From positions 1 through 64,000 of the forward strand of contig JBEKXF010000001.1 in NCBI GenBank assembly GCA_049512315.1: 64,000 nt of DNA. Direction: 5' to 3'. The position numbers were made by a program, and so were the translations under genes. Source of the stretch: Candidatus Aminicenantales bacterium. GTDB lineage: Bacteria > Acidobacteriota > Aminicenantia > Aminicenantales > Saccharicenantaceae. Position 1 is the stretch's first letter; the number at the start of each line of letters is the position of its first letter. Below, one piece after another: positions 9,602 through 18,098 of the stretch. The notes under the pieces were generated by a model. The model saw only the letters and a list, made by a program, of their open reading frames with translations, was not told the DNA's origin and did no database searches.

Positions 9602-9802
9602 ACTCGTCTCCTTTTGACGATGGAAAAACTCTCCCGAGTCTTTCCTCACTTGAGAATATTTGAACTCGTTAAAGGAGAGGAGGATGTGACCGATGAGGGC
9701 CGCGGGCCCCTTCCTTTACTTATTCAGCGCGTTGTTTAAAGCCGGGATAAAACTCTTCGCTTGACAATAAGTATTATACCACGAATCACAAATTCCTGGC
9801 CT

Positions 9803-11584
9803 TCATTTCTTGCGCTCCTTTCCGCCGAGAGCGGACTTGACGCCTTCCTCGAAGGGCTCGGTCAGGATGGGGACGACCCACCCCTCCGGGCTCTCGGCGA
9901 ACGTCTCCATGTCGTCCTTCATGGCCACGGGGTACTTGAGCATGTTGAACCAGGTGTCCAGGAAGCCGGTCAGACTCTGCCCCTTGGGATAAGGGAAAGT
10001 GATCCAGGCGTTCTTCTCGTAATAAACGCTCCCGGCATTGACCGGCAGCATCCGGGTCTGGTTGTTCGACCCGAACGAATAGACGAACCCTCGCGAGACG
10101 TAATACCAGGGGCCGTTTTCGATGTAAATATAGGGCTGCTCGAGCGAGGCCTGGCCGCCGTTGAGGTTGGGCGTCGCGAGGTCAAGATAGAGGGCCGCGA
10201 AACCGATCCCCTTTCCTTCGTCGAAGAGGCTCACCCAGGGCGTGTCCGGCCGCAGGACCGCGGCATGCGTCGGATGCATCTTCGAAGCCGCGAAATCCAG
10301 GATTTCGGTCTTTCCCTCGCGCTTGAAAGTCGCTTTGGTGAAGACGGCCTTGTTGAAAACGACCTCGGCGTTGCGGAAGGCCATGACGAACAGGTTATCC
10401 TGGATCTCCGTGATGGATTCGACCATGACGACCGGCGAACCGGCGTAAAAGTGATAGCGGATCCCGACATTGATCCCCTTGGGGAAGGGGAGGGCGCCTT
10501 TGAGGTTCAGGGAATAAAAAACAGGCCCTGCGACCTCGGTCGCTTTGGGATTCGACCAGTCGGAGCTGTGGTACCAGGCATGGGGCGGCGAGTAGATATC
10601 CGGATTCCAATGGATAGCCCCATTGGTCTCGAGCTTATGCTCGAGCCGGATTCCCGTCGCCTTTTCGGTCATCTCGTAGATGACGCCGCTCTTCTCCTGC
10701 AGGACGACCTTGTAGAACTTGTTTTCGATCGTCCGGGCCAGGTTCGTCCCCTTCTTCATGGTGAGGTCGGACTTGTAGACGGGTTTTGGAGCCGCCGGGT
10801 TGTTAAAGAATACAAGATACGTCGCTTTGGCGTTCGCCTTAAGGTCGGCCAGAAAAGCGATGCTCAGCGAGGTCGTCGGGTGATAGCGGACGACGGGCTT
10901 TCCGGCCTGGGCGTCCTTTTCCTCGATGGCCAGGATCTTCGGGTCGTTCCAGGTGACGACATCGTAGACCTGGCTCGGGACCTCCCGATAAACGACGGCG
11001 CCGTCTTTGGTCTCGGCCCGGACGACGCGGATTTCGTCGGCCGAGCGGAGGTAGTTGCTCATGAGCCCGACCGTGGCATGGACGGGATAGCCGGTGCGCT
11101 CGAAGCCGTTTTCCTCGGAAAGGACGAGGGAAAAGTAATTTTTCCAGGCCTCGTCCCAGTAGCCCTTTCCCGACGGCGAGGTCCCGGACCAGCTGAGGGG
11201 GACTTTCTTTCCCGACTTGACGTCCTCCAGGATGAGGTCGACCGCATAATTCGTCTTCGCCAGCCAACCGGCCCTGGCCTTGAGCTCGAACGGCCGGTCC
11301 ATCCGGACCTCGTTGGCGTTGAGCTCTTTTCCGTCCTGGAAAAGAACGAAATCGCGACACCGTGCCTTGTTGACCTCGACCCGGATGACCTTGCAGACCG
11401 CTCTGGCCATCCCCGCGGGCGGGCCGAAGGCAACCCTGATCGAATACCAGGCCTCGCCGTCGACCGGGTAGCCGAACGCGGCTCCTGCCTCGGCGGCGCC
11501 TGCGGCCCGGGCCGCGCCGGCGAGGAGACTGAGCAGATAAATGGAAAAGGCCAGGACCGTCACCGATTTCTTCACGGAATTCAT
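9803..11584 (-). CDS. Secreted hypothetical protein, probably beta-sandwich/supersandwich
   Basis: 593 aa, signal peptide, GGGAGG RBS; GYWDEAWKNY and REVPSQV segments; no family recognised with confidence. Confidence 0.75.
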   Translation of the reverse strand: MNSVKKSVTVLAFSIYLLSLLAGAARAAGAAEAGAAFGYPVDGEAWYSIRVAFGPPAGMARAVCKVIRVEVNKARCRDFVLFQDGKELNANEVRMDRPFELKARAGWLAKTNYAVDLILEDVKSGKKVPLSWSGTSPSGKGYWDEAWKNYFSLVLSEENGFERTGYPVHATVGLMSNYLRSADEIRVVRAETKDGAVVYREVPSQVYDVVTWNDPKILAIEEKDAQAGKPVVRYHPTTSLSIAFLADLKANAKATYLVFFNNPAAPKPVYKSDLTMKKGTNLARTIENKFYKVVLQEKSGVIYEMTEKATGIRLEHKLETNGAIHWNPDIYSPPHAWYHSSDWSNPKATEVAGPVFYSLNLKGALPFPKGINVGIRYHFYAGSPVVMVESITEIQDNLFVMAFRNAEVVFNKAVFTKATFKREGKTEILDFAASKMHPTHAAVLRPDTPWVSLFDEGKGIGFAALYLDLATPNLNGGQASLEQPYIYIENGPWYYVSRGFVYSFGSNNQTRMLPVNAGSVYYEKNAWITFPYPKGQSLTGFLDTWFNMLKYPVAMKDDMETFAESPEGWVVPILTEPFEEGVKSALGGKERKK

Positions 11585-11678
11585 TCGTGTCCCTCCCAGT
11601 CGATTCAGTCGACCAAGGCCATGTTGCGCTTTCCGCCGGGGCGCCCGTCCGGCACTCGGCCGGCGAGAGCCGATGGAC

Positions 11679-12545
11679 CTAGTCGCGTTCGGGCGGAATG
11701 GCGAACACGGACACGGCGCTGCGGGCGATCACCTTTTCGGTCGTGCTGCCCAGGAAGAAGCGGGCGACTTTCCCGACGTGGGTCGACATGGCGATCATGT
11801 CGTACCGATGGGCGGCGGCGTAATCGACGATCCCGTCGGCCGCCTGGACGGCCTTGTAGACATCCTCGGCGATGACGATGTCCGCGTGCTCCTTGGCCTT
11901 GCGGGCCTTGAGTTTTTCGAGGACGGCCTTGAACAGCTCGTCGGTCAGCCGGAAATCGTGCCCGAAGAGCTCCATCACGTAGAGGAATCCCAGGGACCCC
12001 TTGAAGCCTTTGGCGAGCTTCCAGGCGTAGTCGCGCTCGATCTCCTCGCGGGCCGAAAAATCGGTGGGAACGAGAATCTTCTTGATGGCCGGTCCGCCCT
12101 TCCTTTTCTTGGTCACGAGGACGGGAACGGCGGAGTTGCGCAGGACCTGGTTGGTGACGCTGCCGATCGCGGACGGACCGGCGCCCGAGACCCCGGTTTG
12201 ACCGATGACGATGAGGTCCGCGTTTTCCTTGTCGGCGGCCTCGCAGATGGCCTTCGCGGCCGATCCCTTCCTGACGAGGACGTCGTCAAACACGATGCTC
12301 CGGGCCTTGCTGATGTCCCGGATCCGGACTTTGGCGGCCTGCTCGGCCTCCTCGATCCTCCCCGTGAGCTCCGCCTCGATGGCGGGCAGGGACTCATAAA
12401 GGACGGGGGAGAAGTCCGGGACGACGTGAAGCGCCGAGAGCCGCGCCCCGAACGTCTTCGCGAACAGGCCCGCGTAGAGGAGGGCTTCCTGCGATTCTTC
12501 CGAATAATCCGTGGCCCAGAGAATGTGCTTCAAAAAGTCCGCCAT
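11679..12545 (-). CDS. Universal stress protein (tandem Usp domains)
   Basis: KHILWATDYS...ADLIVIG...IGSVTNQVLR; KKILVPTDFS...FLGSTTEKVI. Confidence 0.93.
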   Translation of the reverse strand: MADFLKHILWATDYSEESQEALLYAGLFAKTFGARLSALHVVPDFSPVLYESLPAIEAELTGRIEEAEQAAKVRIRDISKARSIVFDDVLVRKGSAAKAICEAADKENADLIVIGQTGVSGAGPSAIGSVTNQVLRNSAVPVLVTKKRKGGPAIKKILVPTDFSAREEIERDYAWKLAKGFKGSLGFLYVMELFGHDFRLTDELFKAVLEKLKARKAKEHADIVIAEDVYKAVQAADGIVDYAAAHRYDMIAMSTHVGKVARFFLGSTTEKVIARSAVSVFAIPPERD

Positions 12546-12648
12546 CGAAACCTCCGTTTCATGTCATGAATAATACTCTCCCTGTCCTCAAGGGGCAGGT
12601 CATCAGTTTACACGGGCCGCGGGGGAAAGGGAAGGCCGAAAATAGCGC

Positions 12649-12687
12649 TTGACAAAAATGAAACGTGTACTATAATAATAATACAGT
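12649..12687 (+). promoter_or_regulatory. Sigma70 promoter with overlapping YtrA-type operator
   Basis: TTGACA (12649)-N16-TATAAT (12671); TGTA-N12-TACA inverted repeat at 12666-12685 over the -10. Confidence 0.75.
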
Positions 12688-12704
12688 AATACGGAGGTCC
12701 GACA

Positions 12705-13109
12705 GTGATCAGGGTTGATCCAGGAAGTTTCGTTCCGATCTACGAACAGATCAAGAAGGAGATCCTTAGGCTCGTCGCCACTGGCCTTTTGAAGGATCGC
12801 GACCCTCTGCCGTCCATCCGGGACCTGGCGGCCGAGCTCCTCGTCAACCCGAACACGGTGGCCCGGGCCTACCGCGAGCTCGAGCAAGAGGGCTTGATCT
12901 CGGCCCAGAAGGGCCGGGGTTCTTTTGTCGCCGGTCGTCCTCAGCCGGATGTCGAGAAAGACGTCGAGGTCTATCTGGGCCGGATCCTGGACGAGGCCAT
13001 CGCCGAGGCCCGCGAGTTCGGCCTGGGGCCGGACAGGATCCTGAAGCTCTTCGAAGAAAGGCTTCGGGCCAACCCCCAGGGCGGGAAAAAAGGAGGCCGG
13101 CATGAGTGA
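12705..13109 (+). CDS. GntR family regulator, YtrA subfamily
   Basis: PIYEQIK...LPSIRDLAAELLVNPNTVARAYRELEQEG..GRGSFV; short C-terminus; precedes ABC genes. Confidence 0.93.
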   Translation: MIRVDPGSFVPIYEQIKKEILRLVATGLLKDRDPLPSIRDLAAELLVNPNTVARAYRELEQEGLISAQKGRGSFVAGRPQPDVEKDVEVYLGRILDEAIAEAREFGLGPDRILKLFEERLRANPQGGKKGGRHE

Positions 13110-13815
13110 GCTGCTGCGGATCGAGGGCCTTTCCAAGAGCTTCGGCCGGCATCGCGTTCTCCTCGATTTCGACCTCACGATCGAAAGCGGCCGGGTCTAC
13201 GGTCTTCTCGGCCGGAACGGGGAGGGCAAGACGACCCTCGCCCGGATCCTCATGGGCGTCATCCCGGCCGATGCCGGGGGGATTTATTACAGGGGTCGCA
13301 AGATCCCGTTCCTGGACAGCGCCTACAAAAGGGAATTCGGCTATGTCCCCGAGGACCCGTTTTTTGACGAGGAGATGATTGTCCAGGGAAGCCTGGACTT
13401 CAACGCGCGATTCTATCCCCGGTGGGACCGGAAAAGAGCCGCCGAGGACATCGAGCGGTTCGCCCTGGACCCGAAGGCCCGGATCCGGACTCTCTCCAGG
13501 GGGATGAAGCTCAAGCTGGAGCTGGCCATGGCCCTTGCCGCGTCCCCGGAATTCCTCATCCTGGATGACCCTACTTCGGGATTGGACGTTCCCACGCGCC
13601 GGGATTTCCTGCGGGACATCATCCGCGAGCTCGCGGCCTCCGGCACGACCATCCTGTTCGCGACGCACCTCGTTCACGAGCTCGAGCGCATCGTCGAGCG
13701 GCTTTTGATCCTCCACGCCGGCCGCCTCGCCTTGGACGAGGATTTCGACAAGGTCAAGGCGCAGACCCAAATGAACCTCGAAGACATCTTCGTGAGCTTC
13801 GTGTCCAAGGATTGA
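13102..13815 (+). CDS. ABC transporter ATP-binding protein (YtrB-like)
   Basis: Walker A GRNGEGKT, signature LSRGM, Walker B LILDD, ATH. Confidence 0.93.
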   Translation: MSELLRIEGLSKSFGRHRVLLDFDLTIESGRVYGLLGRNGEGKTTLARILMGVIPADAGGIYYRGRKIPFLDSAYKREFGYVPEDPFFDEEMIVQGSLDFNARFYPRWDRKRAAEDIERFALDPKARIRTLSRGMKLKLELAMALAASPEFLILDDPTSGLDVPTRRDFLRDIIRELAASGTTILFATHLVHELERIVERLLILHAGRLALDEDFDKVKAQTQMNLEDIFVSFVSKD

Positions 13816-13834
13816 GAGGAAGCGGGAGGCAACG

Positions 13835-15784
13835 ATGTTCGGAGCACTTTTCATCAAGGAATGGAAACAAAAGGCCTTGACCTTCTTTTTCGGGCTGGGG
13901 ATCCTCGTCCTTTTCCTTCTGGCCCATCTCGCACTCCCCGGAAAGAGGGACCTTCTGGAATGGCTGACGTACGCCCTGCTTCTTCTCTTTTTCCCCTTCA
14001 TGGCGCTCATCCTGGGATCGAGCGGCTTCGAGTCGGAGTTTCGGAACGGGTCCTGGGCTTATCTTTTTTCCCGGCCGATCAACAAGGCGACCATCTGGCT
14101 GGCGAAATACGCCGCGCTCCTGAGCATGCTCGCGGCCCTTTGGCTCGTCTTTCTGGCATTGTGGCTCGTTTTCCCATGGCTGAGCGAGCTCGCCGGAGGC
14201 ACCAGGGTCCTTCTCGGTTTCATTATCGAAACCGGCTTCCCGTTCTGGAGCCTCCTCCAGTCTGTTTTCCTATTGACCGTCGCGTTCTCGCTCTCGATCC
14301 TTCACGAAAAGCAGTCCAACATCCTATTCCTGTCTCTTATCGTGGGTCTGGGGCTCACGGTGGCGGTCTGGCTCGCCCTGAACAGCAAGGTCGGGCAGAA
14401 CCCGGTCTGGTCTGCGCCCTCGAAAGCCATCACAACCTTCCTCGTCAGCCAGATCCTCATCGCCCTGGCCTTTGCGGGTGCTTCCATCCTGACTTTCGCC
14501 CGGTCGGATTTTTCGCAGGCCCGGGAGAAAACTCTCAGTTTTCTCGGACGAACGATACCCCTCGTGGTCCTGGCCTTGGCCGGCACGGCGGCGTGGGCGG
14601 TTCTCGTCCCCGGCCCGGGGGAACGCTATCTGTACTCTATCGGCGCCTCCGGCGGCGAGCCTTATTACATTACAGAACGGGGCGTCTTCAAGTACTCCGC
14701 GACGAAGAACCGGGTCCAGTGGCTGGCGAAGACCAGACAGATCGACTTCTTCCTCGGGTCGGTGTCGAGTGGCAAGATCGCCTATACGGCTTTTGACATC
14801 CGGAGCAAGACAGACGTCGCCGAGGAACTCTGGGTTGCGAACTCGGACGGGACGGGCCGGAAGCGCGTCCTCGGCCGGGGAAGCCGGGAGAGCGGGTGGC
14901 CCGCCGGGATGCCCATGGCTGATTTGATGATCTCCCCCGATGGAGCGAAGATCGTGCTCCTGACCCAGAAACCCGCAAAAGGGCTGGCGGCTGAGGGGTC
15001 CCCCCTCTGGATCCTCAACATGGATGGCACTGGCCTCGAAAACCTCCCCGCCGACCCCGTGCTCTTGGGCCTGCCGACGGAACCGAGGGCTTACCTTCAC
15101 TTCGTTTCCTGGGTCCGGGATGTCCACGGCTTTCTCATTCTACAGAGGGGCTTCGCTACACCGGGCACCTTCCGACTCTGGCTGTACGACCTCAAGAGCC
15201 GAATCGCCAGGATCGTTCTGGAAAATGGAGTGACGGCCTCTTGGCAATCACCCGTTTCCCCAGGCGGAGATTTCCTGGCGATTAAATACCAGAAGACCCC
15301 GGGGAAGCCGTGGACGCTCGCCCTGCTCGACCTCAAGACCTTGGAGACAACGGACATAACTGGAGGCGAGGACAGGGTATGGTCTCAGATTTCCTGGGAC
15401 CAAAAGGGAGATCGAATGGCCTACATCGTCCGCAGGGCCCAGGCGAGCGGCCCGGACGTTTACGTCCTCGCTGTGTATTCCGTGGCTGAGAAAAAGACTA
15501 TCGCGGAAACCGTGATGACGAGCAAAGAAGAGTCCGCGCTCCTATACTCGCCGACATGGTTGAAGGACGGCGCGAGGCTTCTCATCCTCGACCGTCCGGA
15601 GAGCTGCCTGAAGATCCTCGGCCCGGACCTCAGCGAGGTCAAAAGGATCATGCTTCCCGCGTGGATCCGGCTTCCGGCCGGTCTGCATGTCGTCGGCGAT
15701 CAGGCCTTGGTCGAAGATGAGCAGACCTACACACTCTGGAGGCTCGATCTGAATAAAGAGACCTGGAAAAAGATCTATCAATGA
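13835..15784 (+). CDS. ABC-2-type permease fused to a C-terminal TolB-like beta-propeller
   Basis: N-terminal ~260 aa multi-TM with E..NGSWAYLFSRPI..IWLAK; then LWVANSDGTG, ISPDG.KI, VSPGG, SWDQKG repeats. Confidence 0.75.
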   Translation: MFGALFIKEWKQKALTFFFGLGILVLFLLAHLALPGKRDLLEWLTYALLLLFFPFMALILGSSGFESEFRNGSWAYLFSRPINKATIWLAKYAALLSMLAALWLVFLALWLVFPWLSELAGGTRVLLGFIIETGFPFWSLLQSVFLLTVAFSLSILHEKQSNILFLSLIVGLGLTVAVWLALNSKVGQNPVWSAPSKAITTFLVSQILIALAFAGASILTFARSDFSQAREKTLSFLGRTIPLVVLALAGTAAWAVLVPGPGERYLYSIGASGGEPYYITERGVFKYSATKNRVQWLAKTRQIDFFLGSVSSGKIAYTAFDIRSKTDVAEELWVANSDGTGRKRVLGRGSRESGWPAGMPMADLMISPDGAKIVLLTQKPAKGLAAEGSPLWILNMDGTGLENLPADPVLLGLPTEPRAYLHFVSWVRDVHGFLILQRGFATPGTFRLWLYDLKSRIARIVLENGVTASWQSPVSPGGDFLAIKYQKTPGKPWTLALLDLKTLETTDITGGEDRVWSQISWDQKGDRMAYIVRRAQASGPDVYVLAVYSVAEKKTIAETVMTSKEESALLYSPTWLKDGARLLILDRPESCLKILGPDLSEVKRIMLPAWIRLPAGLHVVGDQALVEDEQTYTLWRLDLNKETWKKIYQ

Positions 15785-15810
15785 TCGTTCCTCAACGGCG
15801 TCCGCGGCGC

Positions 15811-16377
15811 TCAGGCCTTGGACGCGTATTCGCCCGTGCGGGTGTCCACCCGGATGACTTCTCCTGCCGACATGTACTCGGGGACCTGCACGACCAGCCC
15901 CGTGGACAGGGTGGCCGGTTTCGTCCGCGCCGTGACCGATCCGCCCTTCACGGACGGCCGGGTGTCCACGATCGTGAGGGCGATGAAGGACGGCAGCTCC
16001 AGGCCGAGGATGCGGCCCTCGGACGAGATCGATAGCAGCCCCTCGATGCCCTCGGTCAGATAGGGCCACTCCTCCTCGATCTCGTCCTTCGTCAGGGTGA
16101 ACTGGCTGTAGTCTTGCAGGTCCATGAAGATGATGCTTGAGGCGTCGCCGTACAGGTACTGCACCGGCCGCCGCTCGAAATCGGCCTCGGGAAGGACATC
16201 GTTGCCGTGCAAGGCCTGATCGATCTTGCGCTTCGACTTCAGGTTACGGAAACGGATCTTGTACAGCGTTACCGCCCCGCGTGCCGCGGGTGATTGGACC
16301 CTGATCGTCTCGACGATATGCGCGTCCCCCTCGATCTTGACGATGTCGCCCTTCTTCAAGTCGGATGCTTTGAACAT
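15811..16377 (-). CDS. efpL: Elongation factor P-like protein EfpL (YeiP)
   Basis: KASDLKKG, loop SPAARGA (Arg tip, YeiP-type), TKPATLSTGLVVQVPEY. ATG 16377, 188 aa. Confidence 0.85.
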   Translation of the reverse strand: MFKASDLKKGDIVKIEGDAHIVETIRVQSPAARGAVTLYKIRFRNLKSKRKIDQALHGNDVLPEADFERRPVQYLYGDASSIIFMDLQDYSQFTLTKDEIEEEWPYLTEGIEGLLSISSEGRILGLELPSFIALTIVDTRPSVKGGSVTARTKPATLSTGLVVQVPEYMSAGEVIRVDTRTGEYASKA

Positions 16378-16435
16378 GGAAGCGCCCCGATCTCCTTCCT
16401 CATCGTGATGACACTTTCGGGACCGCAGGAAAAAA

Positions 16436-17218
16436 TCAGGACTTCTGCCAGTCCGGCTTGTGCTCGTAGACCCAAGTGTAATAATCCGCCATCTTGAGCT
16501 CGGAAGCCGCGTCCTTGTCGAGGACGAGGACGGCCCTCGGGTGGAGCTGGAGGACCGTGCCCGGAACCGAGGCCGTAAGCGGCCCCTCGACCGTGAGGGC
16601 GATCGCCCGGGCCTTCTTTTTCCCGAACGCCAACATGAGGCACATCCGGCTGTCCAGGATCGTGCCGAGCCCCATCGTGATGACATGGGACGGAACGTTC
16701 TCCTGTCCGCCGAAGGCCGCGGCGGCGTCGAGCCGGGTCTGCTCGGTCAGCGTCTTGATCCGGGTCCGCGACGCGAACGAGGACGTCGGTTCGTTGAAGC
16801 CGAGGTGGCCGTTCGTCCCGATGCCGAGGATCTGGACGTCGATCCCGCCCGCCGATTTGATGGCCTCTTCGTATTTCCGGCAGGTCGCCGGGATGTCGGC
16901 CGTCATGCCGTCCGGGATGTGGATCTGCCCGTTCGGGATGTCGATCTGGCTGAAAAGATGGGCCCACATGTAACTATGGAACGAGGACGGGTGGGCGGCC
17001 GGGACGCCGACGTACTCGTCGAGGTTGAAGGTCGTAACGTGGCTGAAATCCAGGCCCTCCTCCCGGTGCATCTGGACGAGCTTCTTGTAGAGGCGGAGCG
17101 GCGTGTTGCCCGTCGCGAATCCGATGACGGCGTGGGGCTTCCCCCGGACGAGCCGGGCGACGATCCGGGCCGCGACCTGGCTTCCCTGCTGGCTGTCGGG
17201 CTGGATGATGATTTCCAT
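16436..17218 (-). CDS. nagB: Glucosamine-6-phosphate deaminase
   Basis: GFATGNTP, TFNLDEYVG, GIGTNGHLGFNEP, ITMGLGTI. Confidence 0.95.
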   Translation of the reverse strand: MEIIIQPDSQQGSQVAARIVARLVRGKPHAVIGFATGNTPLRLYKKLVQMHREEGLDFSHVTTFNLDEYVGVPAAHPSSFHSYMWAHLFSQIDIPNGQIHIPDGMTADIPATCRKYEEAIKSAGGIDVQILGIGTNGHLGFNEPTSSFASRTRIKTLTEQTRLDAAAAFGGQENVPSHVITMGLGTILDSRMCLMLAFGKKKARAIALTVEGPLTASVPGTVLQLHPRAVLVLDKDAASELKMADYYTWVYEHKPDWQKS

Positions 17219-17240
17219 CGGGTGCCTCCTCGACGACAGG

Positions 17241-18098
17241 TTAGGCCTTGACCGAATATCTCCGGACCTTGTCGGCCACGTCCCTCCGGAACTTGTCGAT
17301 GTGGCCCAGGACGAAGTCGGCGATGTCCAGGGAATCGTCTTTGACGAGCGGCGTGAGGTTCATGGCGAACCAGAGCTGGTCGGCCTCGTCCGTCTCGTGG
17401 GACTGGAAGTAGGTGGCGTTGGCGCGGCGGCGGCCGAGGGTGGCGATGTCGTAGCGCTTGCCGCCGGCGACCTGGGAATCGTAGATGCCGATGAGGGCCA
17501 TGGCCAGGCCCTCGTGGGCGCCGACGGCCATCGGGACCTTGTCCTCGTCGGACATCCAGTCCAGGTTCCGCCAGACCTCGCAGCCGAAAACGACCTTGGG
17601 GCGGTCGGCCGGGGCCAGGGCGCGGATGGCGGCCAGGACCGTGAGGACGACGGCGACGTGCGTGTCATGCTTGTCGGCCGGATTGTGGGTATAGACGATC
17701 TCCGGCCGGACCGCCTTCAGGATCTTGGCCAGGTCGTCCTGGACATGCCCGTCATTGACGCTCTTGACCTCGGCGCTCGTGTAATTGAGCTGGACGAGGA
17801 CCCCGTAGCTGCCGATGACGGCGGCCTTTTCCTGCTCTCGCCTCCGGAGCGCGGCCATGTCCGCGTCGGAATAGGCCGCATATTCCCCGGCCCGGGGGCT
17901 GCCTCCGCCGTTCGTGCAGGTCACCGCCCCGAACGAGCAGTCCGGGCTGTTGAAGCATTGCTCGATCCCGTGGAAGGCCATGATCTCCAGGTCGTCCTGA
18001 TGGGCGCCGATGCCGAGATGGGTGACCCTGCGGAAGGCCTCCTCCGCGGCCTTTCCGTCCGGGACGAAGACCGAGGCGTTGGGATTGTGGAATTTCAT
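17241..18098 (-). CDS. PIG-L/LmbE family deacetylase
   Basis: GAHQDDLE, RRREQ..AA, THNPADKHDTH metal-binding motifs. Confidence 0.88.
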   Translation of the reverse strand: MKFHNPNASVFVPDGKAAEEAFRRVTHLGIGAHQDDLEIMAFHGIEQCFNSPDCSFGAVTCTNGGGSPRAGEYAAYSDADMAALRRREQEKAAVIGSYGVLVQLNYTSAEVKSVNDGHVQDDLAKILKAVRPEIVYTHNPADKHDTHVAVVLTVLAAIRALAPADRPKVVFGCEVWRNLDWMSDEDKVPMAVGAHEGLAMALIGIYDSQVAGGKRYDIATLGRRRANATYFQSHETDEADQLWFAMNLTPLVKDDSLDIADFVLGHIDKFRRDVADKVRRYSVKA

